DNA of 64,000 nt from an uncultured Eubacteriales bacterium (GCA_934636435.1 CAKUAQ010000001.1:12732-76731), one strand, 5' to 3'. Positions 19,935 to 28,563 are shown, numbered from the stretch's first letter. The notes: generated by a model from the sequence alone, not told the origin. Numbers and translations: made by a program.

Positions 19935-20861
19935 ATGAATCTGTTGCACATGAAATATGCGCTGGTGATCGCCAAGACCAATTCCATCAATAAGGCCGCG
20001 GAAGAGCTGTATGTGGGCGCCCCGGCGCTTTCCCGCGCCATTAAGGAGCTGGAGGCGGATCTGGGTGTCACCCTGTTTGAGCGGAGCGCCAAGGGGATGT
20101 TTCTGACGCCGGATGGGGAGCTGTTCGTAAGCTACGCCAAAAAGGTGCTGAAGCAGATCGACGACATCGAGTCGATTTTCAAGGACGGCTCCAAGGCCAG
20201 AGAGCATTTCTCGATCTCCGCCCCGCGGGCCAGCTATATTGCCGCCGCTTTCGCCGAATTCTCCAAGCGGGTGAATTCCGATTCCGGCGCGGAACTGTTC
20301 TACAAGGAAACAAACGCCTATCGGGTGATCCATACCGTATTGAAAGAGGATTACAAGCTGGGCATCCTCCGCTACGGCGAGCAGTACGAATCCTATTATA
20401 CGGCGATGATGGCCGAAAAGGGACTGGTGGGCGAGCCGGTCGCGGAGTTTTCCTACGTGCTGGTCATGAGCGAAAACAGCCCGATCGCCGCCGAGGAAAC
20501 GGTCACATACGACCGGCTGGACGGCTTCACCGAAATTGCCCACGCCGATCCGTATGTGCCGTCGCTGCCCCTCGCGCAGGTGAAAAAGAATGAGCTGCCG
20601 GAGCACCGGGGCAACCGGATTTTCGTGTATGAGCGGGGCAGTCAGTTTGAGCTGCTCTCCAAGAATCCGCACACCTATATGTGGGTATCGCCTATCCCGG
20701 AGGATCTGCTGAAGCGATATAAGCTGGTGGAGCGGCCCTGTCCGGACAATACGCGCCTGTATAAGGATGTGCTCATCCACCGGGCGGAGTATAAGCTGAC
20801 CGAGCTGGACAATCGGTTTATCGAGGAGCTGGTCAAGGCCAAGCGGAGGGTGTTTCCGTAA
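19935..20861 (+). CDS. LysR-family transcriptional regulator
   Basis: N-terminal HTH LLHMKYALVIAKTNSINKAAEELYVGAPALSRAIKELEADLGVTLFERSAKGMFLTPDG. 308 aa. Divergent from the amidohydrolase gene. Confidence 0.85.
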   Translation: MNLLHMKYALVIAKTNSINKAAEELYVGAPALSRAIKELEADLGVTLFERSAKGMFLTPDGELFVSYAKKVLKQIDDIESIFKDGSKAREHFSISAPRASYIAAAFAEFSKRVNSDSGAELFYKETNAYRVIHTVLKEDYKLGILRYGEQYESYYTAMMAEKGLVGEPVAEFSYVLVMSENSPIAAEETVTYDRLDGFTEIAHADPYVPSLPLAQVKKNELPEHRGNRIFVYERGSQFELLSKNPHTYMWVSPIPEDLLKRYKLVERPCPDNTRLYKDVLIHRAEYKLTELDNRFIEELVKAKRRVFP

Positions 20862-20894
20862 AGACGGCTGCACCGGCCGGGCGGCTTTTATCGT

Positions 20895-20966
20895 GATATC
20901 GGTAATTCGGATATCGGTAAACGGTATATCGAAATAGGAAATACCGAATTGCCGATTCGGCAATTC
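20895..20966. repeat. Phased 15-bp repeat array ending in a 10-bp perfect inverted repeat
   Basis: GATATCGGTAA at 20895 and 20910, degenerate copies TATATCGAAAT at 20925 and AATACCGAATT at 20940. Palindrome GAATTGCCGA-T-TCGGCAATTC at 20946-20966. Confidence 0.6.
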
Positions 20967-20983
20967 CCATACCACCCCGATTC

Positions 20984-20999
20984 TGTTAAAATATTAACA
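20984..20999. promoter_or_regulatory. Rex-type operator (perfect palindrome) overlapping a candidate -10
   Basis: TGTTAAAATATTAACA matches the clostridial Rex box TTGTTAA-N4-TTAACAA core. TAAAAT at 20988-20993 could be the -10. Confidence 0.6.
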
Positions 21000-21011
21000 A
21001 GCAGATGGGAG

Positions 21012-21644
21012 GTGGCGACAACGGAAAGCTGCGGAATATCGAAGGCGACACTCGGCCGGGTCCCCCAGTATCTGGAGTATGTGGATTCCCTGCCACAGGA
21101 CGTTGAACACATTTCCGCAACCAGGATCGCAACGGAGCTGGGTCTCGGCGAGGTGCAGGTGCGCAAGGATCTGGCCGCCCTGTGTAAGAAGGGCAGACCC
21201 CGGATCGGATACGACCGCACGGAGCTGAGGAACAGCCTGCGGGATTTTCTGACCGCGCAGAACGACGCTGCGGTGATCGTCGGCGCCGGAAAGCTCGGCA
21301 AGGCTCTGTTGGAATACAGTGGATTTGACATCTACGGTATCCGGATGGCCGCTGCGTTCGATACCAATGTGACCGATGAGACGGAGCTTCCTTCCGGGAA
21401 GCGCATTCTGCCCATCGGGATGCTGGAGCCCTTTTGCCGGGCGCACCGTGTCCGCATCGGCGTGATCACCACACCGGCTGCGTCGGCCCAGACCACGCTG
21501 AATCGGCTGTGCGCCTGCGGCATCCGGCGGATCTGGTGCTTTGCGCCGTGCCGTCTGTATACGCCGGCAGACACGATCGTACAGTATGAGGATCTGGCCC
21601 TGTCTCTGGCGCATCTGGGGCAATGCGGCGCAAAGCGTGCCTGA
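21012..21644 (+). CDS. rex: Redox-sensing transcriptional repressor Rex
   Basis: ISKATLGRVPQYLEYV (Rex wHTH), ISATRIATELGLGEVQVRKDL, Rossmann motif AVIVGAGKLGKALL. Start is uncertain: GTG 21012 is the first in-frame start downstream of the operator, and the track ORF begins at TTG 20949. Confidence 0.8.
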   Translation: MATTESCGISKATLGRVPQYLEYVDSLPQDVEHISATRIATELGLGEVQVRKDLAALCKKGRPRIGYDRTELRNSLRDFLTAQNDAAVIVGAGKLGKALLEYSGFDIYGIRMAAAFDTNVTDETELPSGKRILPIGMLEPFCRAHRVRIGVITTPAASAQTTLNRLCACGIRRIWCFAPCRLYTPADTIVQYEDLALSLAHLGQCGAKRA

Positions 21645-21709
21645 CCGCATGACCCCGGTTCCCCCCGACCGTAAGACCAAACAAGACCAAAAACCAAAAC
21701 GGAGGTAGT

Positions 21710-24424
21710 ATGTTCATGGAAAGAAAGATCGTTGACAGCGTGGAAGCGCTGGAAGAGACCCTCGTCCGCGTCAAGGAAGCGCAGAAGAAATTCGCCACCT
21801 ACACCCAGGAGCAGGTAGACGCCATATTCAAGGCGGCGGCCATCGCGGCCAACCAGGCGCGGATCCCGCTGGCGAAGATGGCGGTGGAAGAAACCGGCAT
21901 GGGTATCGTTGAGGACAAGGTGATCAAAAACAACTATGCCGCCGAGTACATATACAATGCCTATAAGGACACCCGGACCTGCGGCGTGTTGGAGGAGGAT
22001 AAGGCATACGGCATCAAGAAGATCGCCGAGCCCATCGGTGTGATCGCCGCGGTGATCCCCACCACGAACCCCACCTCCACGGCCATCTTCAAGACTCTCA
22101 TCGCGCTGAAGACCCGTAACGCCATCATCATCTCTCCCCACCCGCGGGCGAAGAAATCCACCATCGCCGCCGCCAAGGTGGTGCTGGATGCGGCCGTGAA
22201 GGCCGGCGCACCGGAGGGCATCATCGAGTGGATCGACGCGCCGAGTCTGGATATGACCAATCTGGTGATGCGGGAAGCCGACATCATCCTCGCCACCGGC
22301 GGTCCCGGCATGGTGAAGGCCGCGTATTCCAGCGGCAAGCCCGCTCTGGGCGTGGGCGCCGGCAATACCCCTGCCATCATCGACGATACGGCCGATATCA
22401 TTCTGGCGGTCAACTCCATCATCCATTCCAAAACCTTTGATAACGGCATGATCTGCGCCTCCGAGCAGTCGGTGATCGTTCATAAGAACGTGTACGACGC
22501 GGTGCGGGAGGAGTTTGCCAACCGCGGGTGCTACTTCCTTAAGCCGGACGAGATCGAGAAGGTGCGCAAGACCATCATCATCAACGGTGCGCTGAACGCC
22601 AAGATCGTCGGCCAGTCCGCCTACCGGATCGCCGCGCTGGCGGGGGTGAAGGTCCCCGAGGGCACCAAGATCCTCATCGGCGAGGTGGAGAGCGTAGAGC
22701 TGTCGGAGGAATTTGCCCACGAAAAGCTCTCGCCGGTGCTGGCTATGTATAAGGCCGAGGATATTCAGGATGCTTTCAGCAAGGCCGAGCACCTGATCGC
22801 CGACGGCGGCTATGGGCACACCTCCTCCATTTATCTCAATGTGGCCACCGAGCAGGATAAGCTCAATGAGTTTGCCGGCCGCATGAAGACCTGCCGCATT
22901 CTGGTCAACACACCCTCCTCCCACGGCGGCATCGGCGACCTGTATAACTTCAAGCTGGCCCCGTCGCTGACGCTGGGCTGCGGCTCCTGGGGCGGCAACT
23001 CGGTGTCCGAGAACGTCGGAGTGAAGCATCTCATCAACATCAAAACCGTGGCCGAAAGAAGGGAAAATATGCTGTGGTTCCGGGCGCCTGAAAAGGTGTA
23101 TATCAAAAAAGGCTGTCTCCCCGTTGCTCTGGATGAGCTGAAGCACGTGATGGGAAAGAAGCGGGCGTTCGTCGTCACCGATTCTTTCCTGTATCATCAC
23201 GGCTATACGAAGCCGATCACGGATAAGCTGGATGAAATGGGCATCGCCCACACGACCTTCTTCGATGTGGCTCCCGACCCGACCCTCGCCTGTGCCAAGG
23301 CCGGTGCAGAGCAGATGCGCGCCTTTGAGCCGGATTGCATCATTGCGCTGGGCGGCGGCTCGGCTATGGACGCGGGCAAGATCATGTGGGTGCTCTATGA
23401 GCATCCGGAAGTGGACTTCATGGATATGGCTATGCGGTTCATTGATATCCGCAAGCGTGTGTATACCTTCCCGAAGATGGGGGAGAAGGCTTACTTTATC
23501 GCCATCCCCACCTCCGCCGGCACCGGCTCCGAGGTGACGCCCTTCGCGGTGATCACCGATGAGCAGTCGGGCGTGAAATATCCGCTGGCGGATTATCAGC
23601 TGCTCCCGAACATGGCCATCATCGACACCGATTTCCATATGTCCGCGCCGAAGGGCCTGACCGCTGCCTCCGGTATCGATGCCGTGTCCCATGCGCTGGA
23701 GGCCATCGCTTCGGTGATGGCTACCGACTATACCGACGGGCTGGCGGTGAAGGCACTGCAGACCATCTTCACCTATCTGCCCCGCGCCTATGACAACGGC
23801 CAGAGCGATGTGGAGGCGAGAGAAAAGATGGCGAATGCCGCCACCATGGCCGGTATGGCTTTTGCCAACGCTTTCCTGGGTGTCTGCCACTCCATGGCCC
23901 ATAAGCTGGGCGCTTTCCACCATATCGCTCACGGCGTCGCCAACGCCCTGATGCTGGAGGAGGTGCTGCGGTTCAACGCAGCGGAAGCCCCCGTGAAGAT
24001 GGGCACCTTCAGCCAGTATGATCATCCTCACACGCTGGCACGGTACGCGATGGTGGCCGACGAGCTGCATCTGGGCGGCACGACCGACGAGGAGAAGCTG
24101 GAGAATCTCATCAAGGCGGTCAACGACCTGAAGGCCCGGGTGGGCATCAAGCCCACCATCCGGGACTATGTGCCGGATGAGCAGGATTTCCTCCATCGGC
24201 TGGATGCCATGGTGGAGCAGGCGTTCGACGATCAGTGCACCGGCGCCAACCCCCGCTATCCGCTGATGAGCGAGATCAAGCAGATGTATCTGAACGCCTA
24301 CTACGGAGGAAAGCACTTTGAGGAGCCGCCGATGCCCACCGCCGATTTCGGTACCGGCGCGGACGACGCCCACGATTTCAAGCAGCCCTATCGCCGCGCC
24401 AAGAGCGGCCTGAAAAAGAACTGA
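21710..24424 (+). CDS. adhE: Bifunctional acetaldehyde-CoA / alcohol dehydrogenase
   Basis: 904 aa. N-terminal ALDH domain (GGPGMVKAAYSSGKPALGVGAGNTP, ICASEQS) plus Fe-ADH domain (ALGGGSAMDAGK, CHSMAHKLGAFHHIAHG). RBS GGAGG. Confidence 0.95.
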   Translation: MFMERKIVDSVEALEETLVRVKEAQKKFATYTQEQVDAIFKAAAIAANQARIPLAKMAVEETGMGIVEDKVIKNNYAAEYIYNAYKDTRTCGVLEEDKAYGIKKIAEPIGVIAAVIPTTNPTSTAIFKTLIALKTRNAIIISPHPRAKKSTIAAAKVVLDAAVKAGAPEGIIEWIDAPSLDMTNLVMREADIILATGGPGMVKAAYSSGKPALGVGAGNTPAIIDDTADIILAVNSIIHSKTFDNGMICASEQSVIVHKNVYDAVREEFANRGCYFLKPDEIEKVRKTIIINGALNAKIVGQSAYRIAALAGVKVPEGTKILIGEVESVELSEEFAHEKLSPVLAMYKAEDIQDAFSKAEHLIADGGYGHTSSIYLNVATEQDKLNEFAGRMKTCRILVNTPSSHGGIGDLYNFKLAPSLTLGCGSWGGNSVSENVGVKHLINIKTVAERRENMLWFRAPEKVYIKKGCLPVALDELKHVMGKKRAFVVTDSFLYHHGYTKPITDKLDEMGIAHTTFFDVAPDPTLACAKAGAEQMRAFEPDCIIALGGGSAMDAGKIMWVLYEHPEVDFMDMAMRFIDIRKRVYTFPKMGEKAYFIAIPTSAGTGSEVTPFAVITDEQSGVKYPLADYQLLPNMAIIDTDFHMSAPKGLTAASGIDAVSHALEAIASVMATDYTDGLAVKALQTIFTYLPRAYDNGQSDVEAREKMANAATMAGMAFANAFLGVCHSMAHKLGAFHHIAHGVANALMLEEVLRFNAAEAPVKMGTFSQYDHPHTLARYAMVADELHLGGTTDEEKLENLIKAVNDLKARVGIKPTIRDYVPDEQDFLHRLDAMVEQAFDDQCTGANPRYPLMSEIKQMYLNAYYGGKHFEEPPMPTADFGTGADDAHDFKQPYRRAKSGLKKN

Positions 24425-24439
24425 GGGAGGATGACGACA

Positions 24440-25189
24440 ATGGAACTCAACCGCATTATTGCCGTAAGGAACAACAAAACCGTGTATCGGGACGGGAATC
24501 AGGTGTATAAGGTCTTTGACGCATCCTATTCCAAGGCCGACGTGCTCAATGAGGCACTGAACCAGGCGCGGGTCGAGGAAACGGGCCTGCATATCCCGAA
24601 AATTCTCGGCGTGACCATGACCGATGGGAAATGGACGATCATCTCGGAGTTTATCAAGGGGAAAACGCTGGCCGAGCTGATGAAAGAGAATCCGGAGAAA
24701 AAGGACGAGTATCTGGAGCTGTTTGTGGACCTGCAGCTGGAGATGCACTCCAAGACCTGCAAGGGGCTGAATAAGCTGAAGGATAAGATGAACCGCAAGA
24801 TCAGCGAAACGGATCTGTCCGCCACCGTGCGGTATGATCTGCACACCCGTCTGGAGGCTATGCCCAAGCACAATAAGGTATGCCACGGGGACTTCAACCC
24901 CTCCAACATCATCATCACCGATGACGGTACGCCCTATATCCTCGACTGGTCCCATGCAACCCAGGGCAATGCGTCCGCCGACGCGGCGCGCACCTATCTG
25001 CTGTTCTGGCTGAACGGCGATATCGACGGCGCCCGGAAGTATCTGGATCTGTTCTGCGAAAAGAGCAACACCGCCCGGCAGTATGTGCAGAAATGGATGC
25101 CCATCGTGGCCGCCTCCCAGACGGTCAAGGGCAACGAGCACGAGCGGGAATTCCTGCACACCTGGATCGACGTGGTGGATTACGAATAA
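24440..25189 (+). CDS. APH/choline-kinase-fold phosphotransferase (small protein-kinase-like fold)
   Basis: Catalytic loop CHGDFNPSNIIITDDG (HxDxxxxN) and metal-binding ILDWSHA, with an upstream VYKVF lysine. ATG 24440 is 9 nt after GGGAGG (the track ORF starts at 24431). Confidence 0.75.
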   Translation: MELNRIIAVRNNKTVYRDGNQVYKVFDASYSKADVLNEALNQARVEETGLHIPKILGVTMTDGKWTIISEFIKGKTLAELMKENPEKKDEYLELFVDLQLEMHSKTCKGLNKLKDKMNRKISETDLSATVRYDLHTRLEAMPKHNKVCHGDFNPSNIIITDDGTPYILDWSHATQGNASADAARTYLLFWLNGDIDGARKYLDLFCEKSNTARQYVQKWMPIVAASQTVKGNEHEREFLHTWIDVVDYE

Positions 25190-25204
25190 GGGAGGATAAA
25201 CAGC

Positions 25205-25447
25205 ATGAAAGTTACCGTATGCATCGGCTCTTCCTGTCATATCAAAGGCTCCAGACAGGTGGTAGAGCAGCTTCAGTATCTAGTTAACGAAGCCGGCGTC
25301 GGCGACAAGGTGGAGCTGGCGGGCACATTCTGTATGGGGAAATGCCAGCAGGGTGTGTGCGTGACCGTGGACGAGCAGTTTTATTCGGTCACCCCCGATA
25401 CCGTGGAGGCGTTCTTCCGGGATCATGTTTTAGGTCAGGTGAAATGA
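25205..25447 (+). CDS. Thioredoxin-like [2Fe-2S] ferredoxin (HfsA-like), copy 1
   Basis: 80 aa with CIGSSC...FCMGKC (Cx4C...Cx3C). RBS GGGAGG. Confidence 0.7.
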   Translation: MKVTVCIGSSCHIKGSRQVVEQLQYLVNEAGVGDKVELAGTFCMGKCQQGVCVTVDEQFYSVTPDTVEAFFRDHVLGQVK

Positions 25448-25448
25448 G

Positions 25449-25703
25449 ATGATCGTTCAGATTTGCGTGGGATCGTCCTGCCATTTGAAGGGATCGGAAC
25501 GCATCATCGGACTGTTTCAGAACGCCGTCAACGCACACGGATTGGAGAACGATGTGACACTGGCCGGGAGCTTTTGCACCGGCCGGTGTAACCGTGTGGG
25601 CGTCACCGTTTCGGTGGATGACGACGTATACACCGGTGTGACGCCGGAGAATTTCGACGAGTTTTTTAAGGATAAGGTGCTGACCGTGCTGGGGGCGGAG
25701 TAG
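25449..25703 (+). CDS. Thioredoxin-like [2Fe-2S] ferredoxin, copy 2 (tandem paralog)
   Basis: 84 aa with CVGSSC...FCTGRC. Starts 1 nt after the previous stop. Confidence 0.7.
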   Translation: MIVQICVGSSCHLKGSERIIGLFQNAVNAHGLENDVTLAGSFCTGRCNRVGVTVSVDDDVYTGVTPENFDEFFKDKVLTVLGAE

Positions 25704-25715
25704 GAGGTTTTATAC

Positions 25716-27386
25716 ATGGAGTGCTTGACTCTGAAAAAATCCAACTGCAAGAATTGCTATAAGTGCATTCGCCATTGTCCGGTGAAGTCTATCCGCTTCT
25801 CCGGGAATCAGGCCTATATTATCGGAAACGAGTGCATTATGTGCGGTCAGTGCTTCGTGGTTTGTCCCCAAAATGCCAAGCAGATTGTGGATGAGACCGA
25901 AAAGGTCCGGGTGCTGCTGCAAAGCGGCGACCCGGTGGTGGTCAGTCTGGCGCCGTCCTTTGTCGCCAACTACGACGGCGTGGGGATCGAATCCATGCGC
26001 ACGGCGCTGAAACAGCTGGGCTTCTACGATGTGGAGGAGACAGCCGTCGGCGCCACCATCGTGAAAAATGCGTATGAGCAGCTGTGCCGCGAGGAGCGGG
26101 ATGTGATCATCACCTCCTGCTGCCATGCGGTCAATCTGCTGATCCAGAAGCATTATCCGAAGCTGCTGCCCTATCTGGCCGATGTGCTGTCCCCCATGCA
26201 GGCGCACTGCAAGGACATCAAGAGCCGTATCCCCAACGCGAAAACCGTCTTTATCGGCCCGTGCGTGGCCAAGAAGGACGAGGCCCAGTATTATGAGGGC
26301 ATTGCGGACGCGGTGCTGACCTTCGACGAGCTGACGGCGTGGCTGAAGGCCGAGAATGTGCCGCTGGAGCAGCGCCTGGACGAGAATGAAAACAGCCGGG
26401 CCCGGCTGTTCCCCACCACCGGCGGCATTCTGAAAACGATGGCGCTGGACGAATCCGCCTATACCTATATGGCTATCGACGGCACGGAGAATTGCATTGC
26501 GGCGCTTAAGGATATCGAGGCCGGCAACGTTCACCACTGCTTTATCGAGATGTCGGCCTGCGTGGGCAGCTGCATCGGCGGCCCGGTCATGGAAAAATTC
26601 CACCGTTCCCCGGTGAAGGACTATGCGGCGGTGACCGGCTATGCGGGACGGGGCGATTTCCCCGTGACGCAGCCCGCACGGAGCGCGCTGGAAAAGGAAT
26701 TTGCCGTGATCGCCCAGCGTGGTGTCGAGCCCGGTGAGACGGAGATTCGGGAGACCCTGCGCCAGATGGGCAAGACGAAGCCCGGCGACGAGCTGAACTG
26801 CGGCTCCTGCGGCTATAACACCTGTCGGGAGAAGGCCATTGCCATCCTGCAGGGCAAGGCCGAGATTTCCATGTGTCTGCCTTTCCTGAAGGAAAAGGCG
26901 GAGAATTTCACCGACACCATCGCCCGCAACACGCCCAACGGTCTGATCGTGCTCAACGAAAAGCTGGAGGTGCAGCAGGTCAACAAGGCGGCTCTGAAGA
27001 TCCTGAATCTGCGCGCGCCGTCGGATATATTGGGCGATCAGGTGGTGCGGATCCTGGATCCCGCCGATTTCGTCACCGTCCTCTCCAAGGGGCGGAATAT
27101 CCACGATAAGCGGGAGTATCTGGCGGAATATGAGAAATACGTGGAAAAGACCGTTGTATACGACCGGGAATACAAGGTGATTCTGTGCATCCTCCGGGAC
27201 GTGACCGAGGAGGAGCTGCAGCGGGAGAAGAAAGAGGACATCAGCCGTCAGACGGTGGAGATCGCGGACAAGGTCGTGGATAAGCAGATGCGCATCGTGC
27301 AGGAGATCGCCTCGCTGCTGGGTGAGACCGCCGCGGAGACCAAGATCGCTCTGACCAAACTAAAGGAGTCCATCGGCGATGAATAA
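25716..27386 (+). CDS. hydS: Sensory [FeFe]-hydrogenase-like protein with C-terminal PAS domain (group C, HydS/HfsB-like)
   Basis: Ferredoxin motifs CKNCYKCIRHCP and CIMCGQCFVVCP. H-cluster-type motifs TSCCH, IGPCVAKKDE, EMSACVGSCIGGP. Extra CGSCGYNTC cluster motif. C-terminal ~120 aa is PAS-like (NTPNGLIVLNEKLEVQQVN...). Confidence 0.8.
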   Translation: MECLTLKKSNCKNCYKCIRHCPVKSIRFSGNQAYIIGNECIMCGQCFVVCPQNAKQIVDETEKVRVLLQSGDPVVVSLAPSFVANYDGVGIESMRTALKQLGFYDVEETAVGATIVKNAYEQLCREERDVIITSCCHAVNLLIQKHYPKLLPYLADVLSPMQAHCKDIKSRIPNAKTVFIGPCVAKKDEAQYYEGIADAVLTFDELTAWLKAENVPLEQRLDENENSRARLFPTTGGILKTMALDESAYTYMAIDGTENCIAALKDIEAGNVHHCFIEMSACVGSCIGGPVMEKFHRSPVKDYAAVTGYAGRGDFPVTQPARSALEKEFAVIAQRGVEPGETEIRETLRQMGKTKPGDELNCGSCGYNTCREKAIAILQGKAEISMCLPFLKEKAENFTDTIARNTPNGLIVLNEKLEVQQVNKAALKILNLRAPSDILGDQVVRILDPADFVTVLSKGRNIHDKREYLAEYEKYVEKTVVYDREYKVILCILRDVTEEELQREKKEDISRQTVEIADKVVDKQMRIVQEIASLLGETAAETKIALTKLKESIGDE

Positions 27387-28551
27387 TCTGTGTGCCGATA
27401 TCGGCTGGAAAAGCATCAACCACGACGGGGAGCAGCTCTGCGGCGACCACATCGACATTGTGGAGCAGGGGGAGAATTCGTCGGTCATCGTGTTGGCCGA
27501 CGGTCTGGGGAGCGGCGTGAAAGCCAGCATCCTCTCCACTCTGACCTCCAAGATCATCTCCACGATGCTGGCGGAGGGGCTGCAGCTGGAGGACTGTGTG
27601 TCCACCATTGCGGCCACCCTCCCGATCTGCTCGGTGCGCGGCGTGGCGTACTCCACCTTTACGATTCTCCACCTGATCGAGAACGAGACGGCGGAGATCA
27701 TTCAGTACGATAACCCCAATGTCATATTCCTCCGGGACGATGAGCTGTACGATTATCCGAAGCAGGAGCTGAATATCGGCGGCAAGACCGTGCTGAAATC
27801 GGTGGTCAAGCTGCAGGAGAACGACATTCTGGTCGCCATGAGCGATGGCTGTCCCCATGCGGGTATCGGCATCGCCTTCAATTTCGGCTGGAAATGGGAG
27901 GATATCGCCGCCTTCATGCAGTCCATCGCGGTGGCAGGATACACAGCCAAGACGCTGGCCACGATGCTGGTGGATCAGTGCAATAAGGAATACGGCTACC
28001 ATCCCGGCGACGACGCGACGGCCTGCGTGGTGAAGGTGCGGCGGCGGGAGCCGATGAATATTCTCTTCGGCCCTCCCCGGAACCGGGACGATTGCGACCG
28101 GATGATGTCGCTGTTTTTTTCCAAGGAGGGCAAACATATCGTGTGCGGCGGAACGACCGCCTCCATCGCTGCCAAGTATTTGGGGAAGCCGGTGAAGGCC
28201 AGCCTGAATTTTGAAAAGAGCGATGTGCCGCCGATCGCGGAGATCGAGGGAGTGGATCTGGTGACGGAGGGAGTCATCACCATCAATAAGGTGATCGAAT
28301 ATGCCCGGGATGCACTGGATAAAAATGAGCTGTACGAGCAGTGGGGCTTCAATCGGGATGGGGCATCCCGCATCTGTCGGCTGCTGTTCGAGGAGGCTAC
28401 CGATATCAATTTCTATGTGGGGCGTGCGGTGAACCCGGCGCACCAGAATCCCGATCTGCCGATCACTTTCAACATCAAGATGAATCTGGTGGAAGAGCTT
28501 TCCACCTGTCTGAAAAAGATGGGCAAGCGCATTAAGGTGAGCTATTTCTGA
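27379..28551 (+). CDS. SpoIIE/PP2C-family serine phosphatase (HfsC-like)
   Basis: GEQLCGDHIDIVEQGENSSVIVLADGLGSGVKASILS...AMSDG, plus a ~190-aa C-terminal domain of unknown function. Overlaps the hydS stop by 8 nt. Confidence 0.75.
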   Translation: MNNLCADIGWKSINHDGEQLCGDHIDIVEQGENSSVIVLADGLGSGVKASILSTLTSKIISTMLAEGLQLEDCVSTIAATLPICSVRGVAYSTFTILHLIENETAEIIQYDNPNVIFLRDDELYDYPKQELNIGGKTVLKSVVKLQENDILVAMSDGCPHAGIGIAFNFGWKWEDIAAFMQSIAVAGYTAKTLATMLVDQCNKEYGYHPGDDATACVVKVRRREPMNILFGPPRNRDDCDRMMSLFFSKEGKHIVCGGTTASIAAKYLGKPVKASLNFEKSDVPPIAEIEGVDLVTEGVITINKVIEYARDALDKNELYEQWGFNRDGASRICRLLFEEATDINFYVGRAVNPAHQNPDLPITFNIKMNLVEELSTCLKKMGKRIKVSYF

Positions 28552-28563
28552 GGAGGCATGACA

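Noticed and set aside
18238-19938. 566-aa plus-strand ORF overlapping the amidohydrolase gene
   Set aside because: Antisense to a gene with the HxH amidohydrolase motif. It also runs through a perfect terminator hairpin at its 5' end.
20895-20966. CRISPR array or other long repeat arrays anywhere in the window
   Set aside because: The only direct repeats found are this 15-bp-phased array of 11-mers and the 11-bp tandem at 52518-52544. They are far too short and lack spacers. No cas genes are present.
21645-21709. A second Rex box directly upstream of adhE
   Set aside because: The 65-nt rex-adhE spacer has no TGTTAA/TTAACA or TGTGAA/TTCACA half-sites and no promoter-like hexamers. adhE is more simply read as co-transcribed with rex.
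24300-24424. AdhE C-terminal ~35-aa extension (EEPPMPTADFGTGADDAHDFKQPYRRAKSGLKKN) as a special domain
   Set aside because: It looks like a low-complexity tail. Without alignment I cannot say it is unusual among clostridial AdhE proteins.
21332-25240. 1302-aa ORF on the minus strand, the longest ORF in the window
   Set aside because: It is exactly antisense to adhE and the kinase gene, whose sense translations carry unambiguous family motifs. The antisense product is Gly/Arg/His/Asp/Val-rich low-information sequence with no RBS or recognisable motif. Long antisense ORFs like this are expected in high-GC coding DNA.
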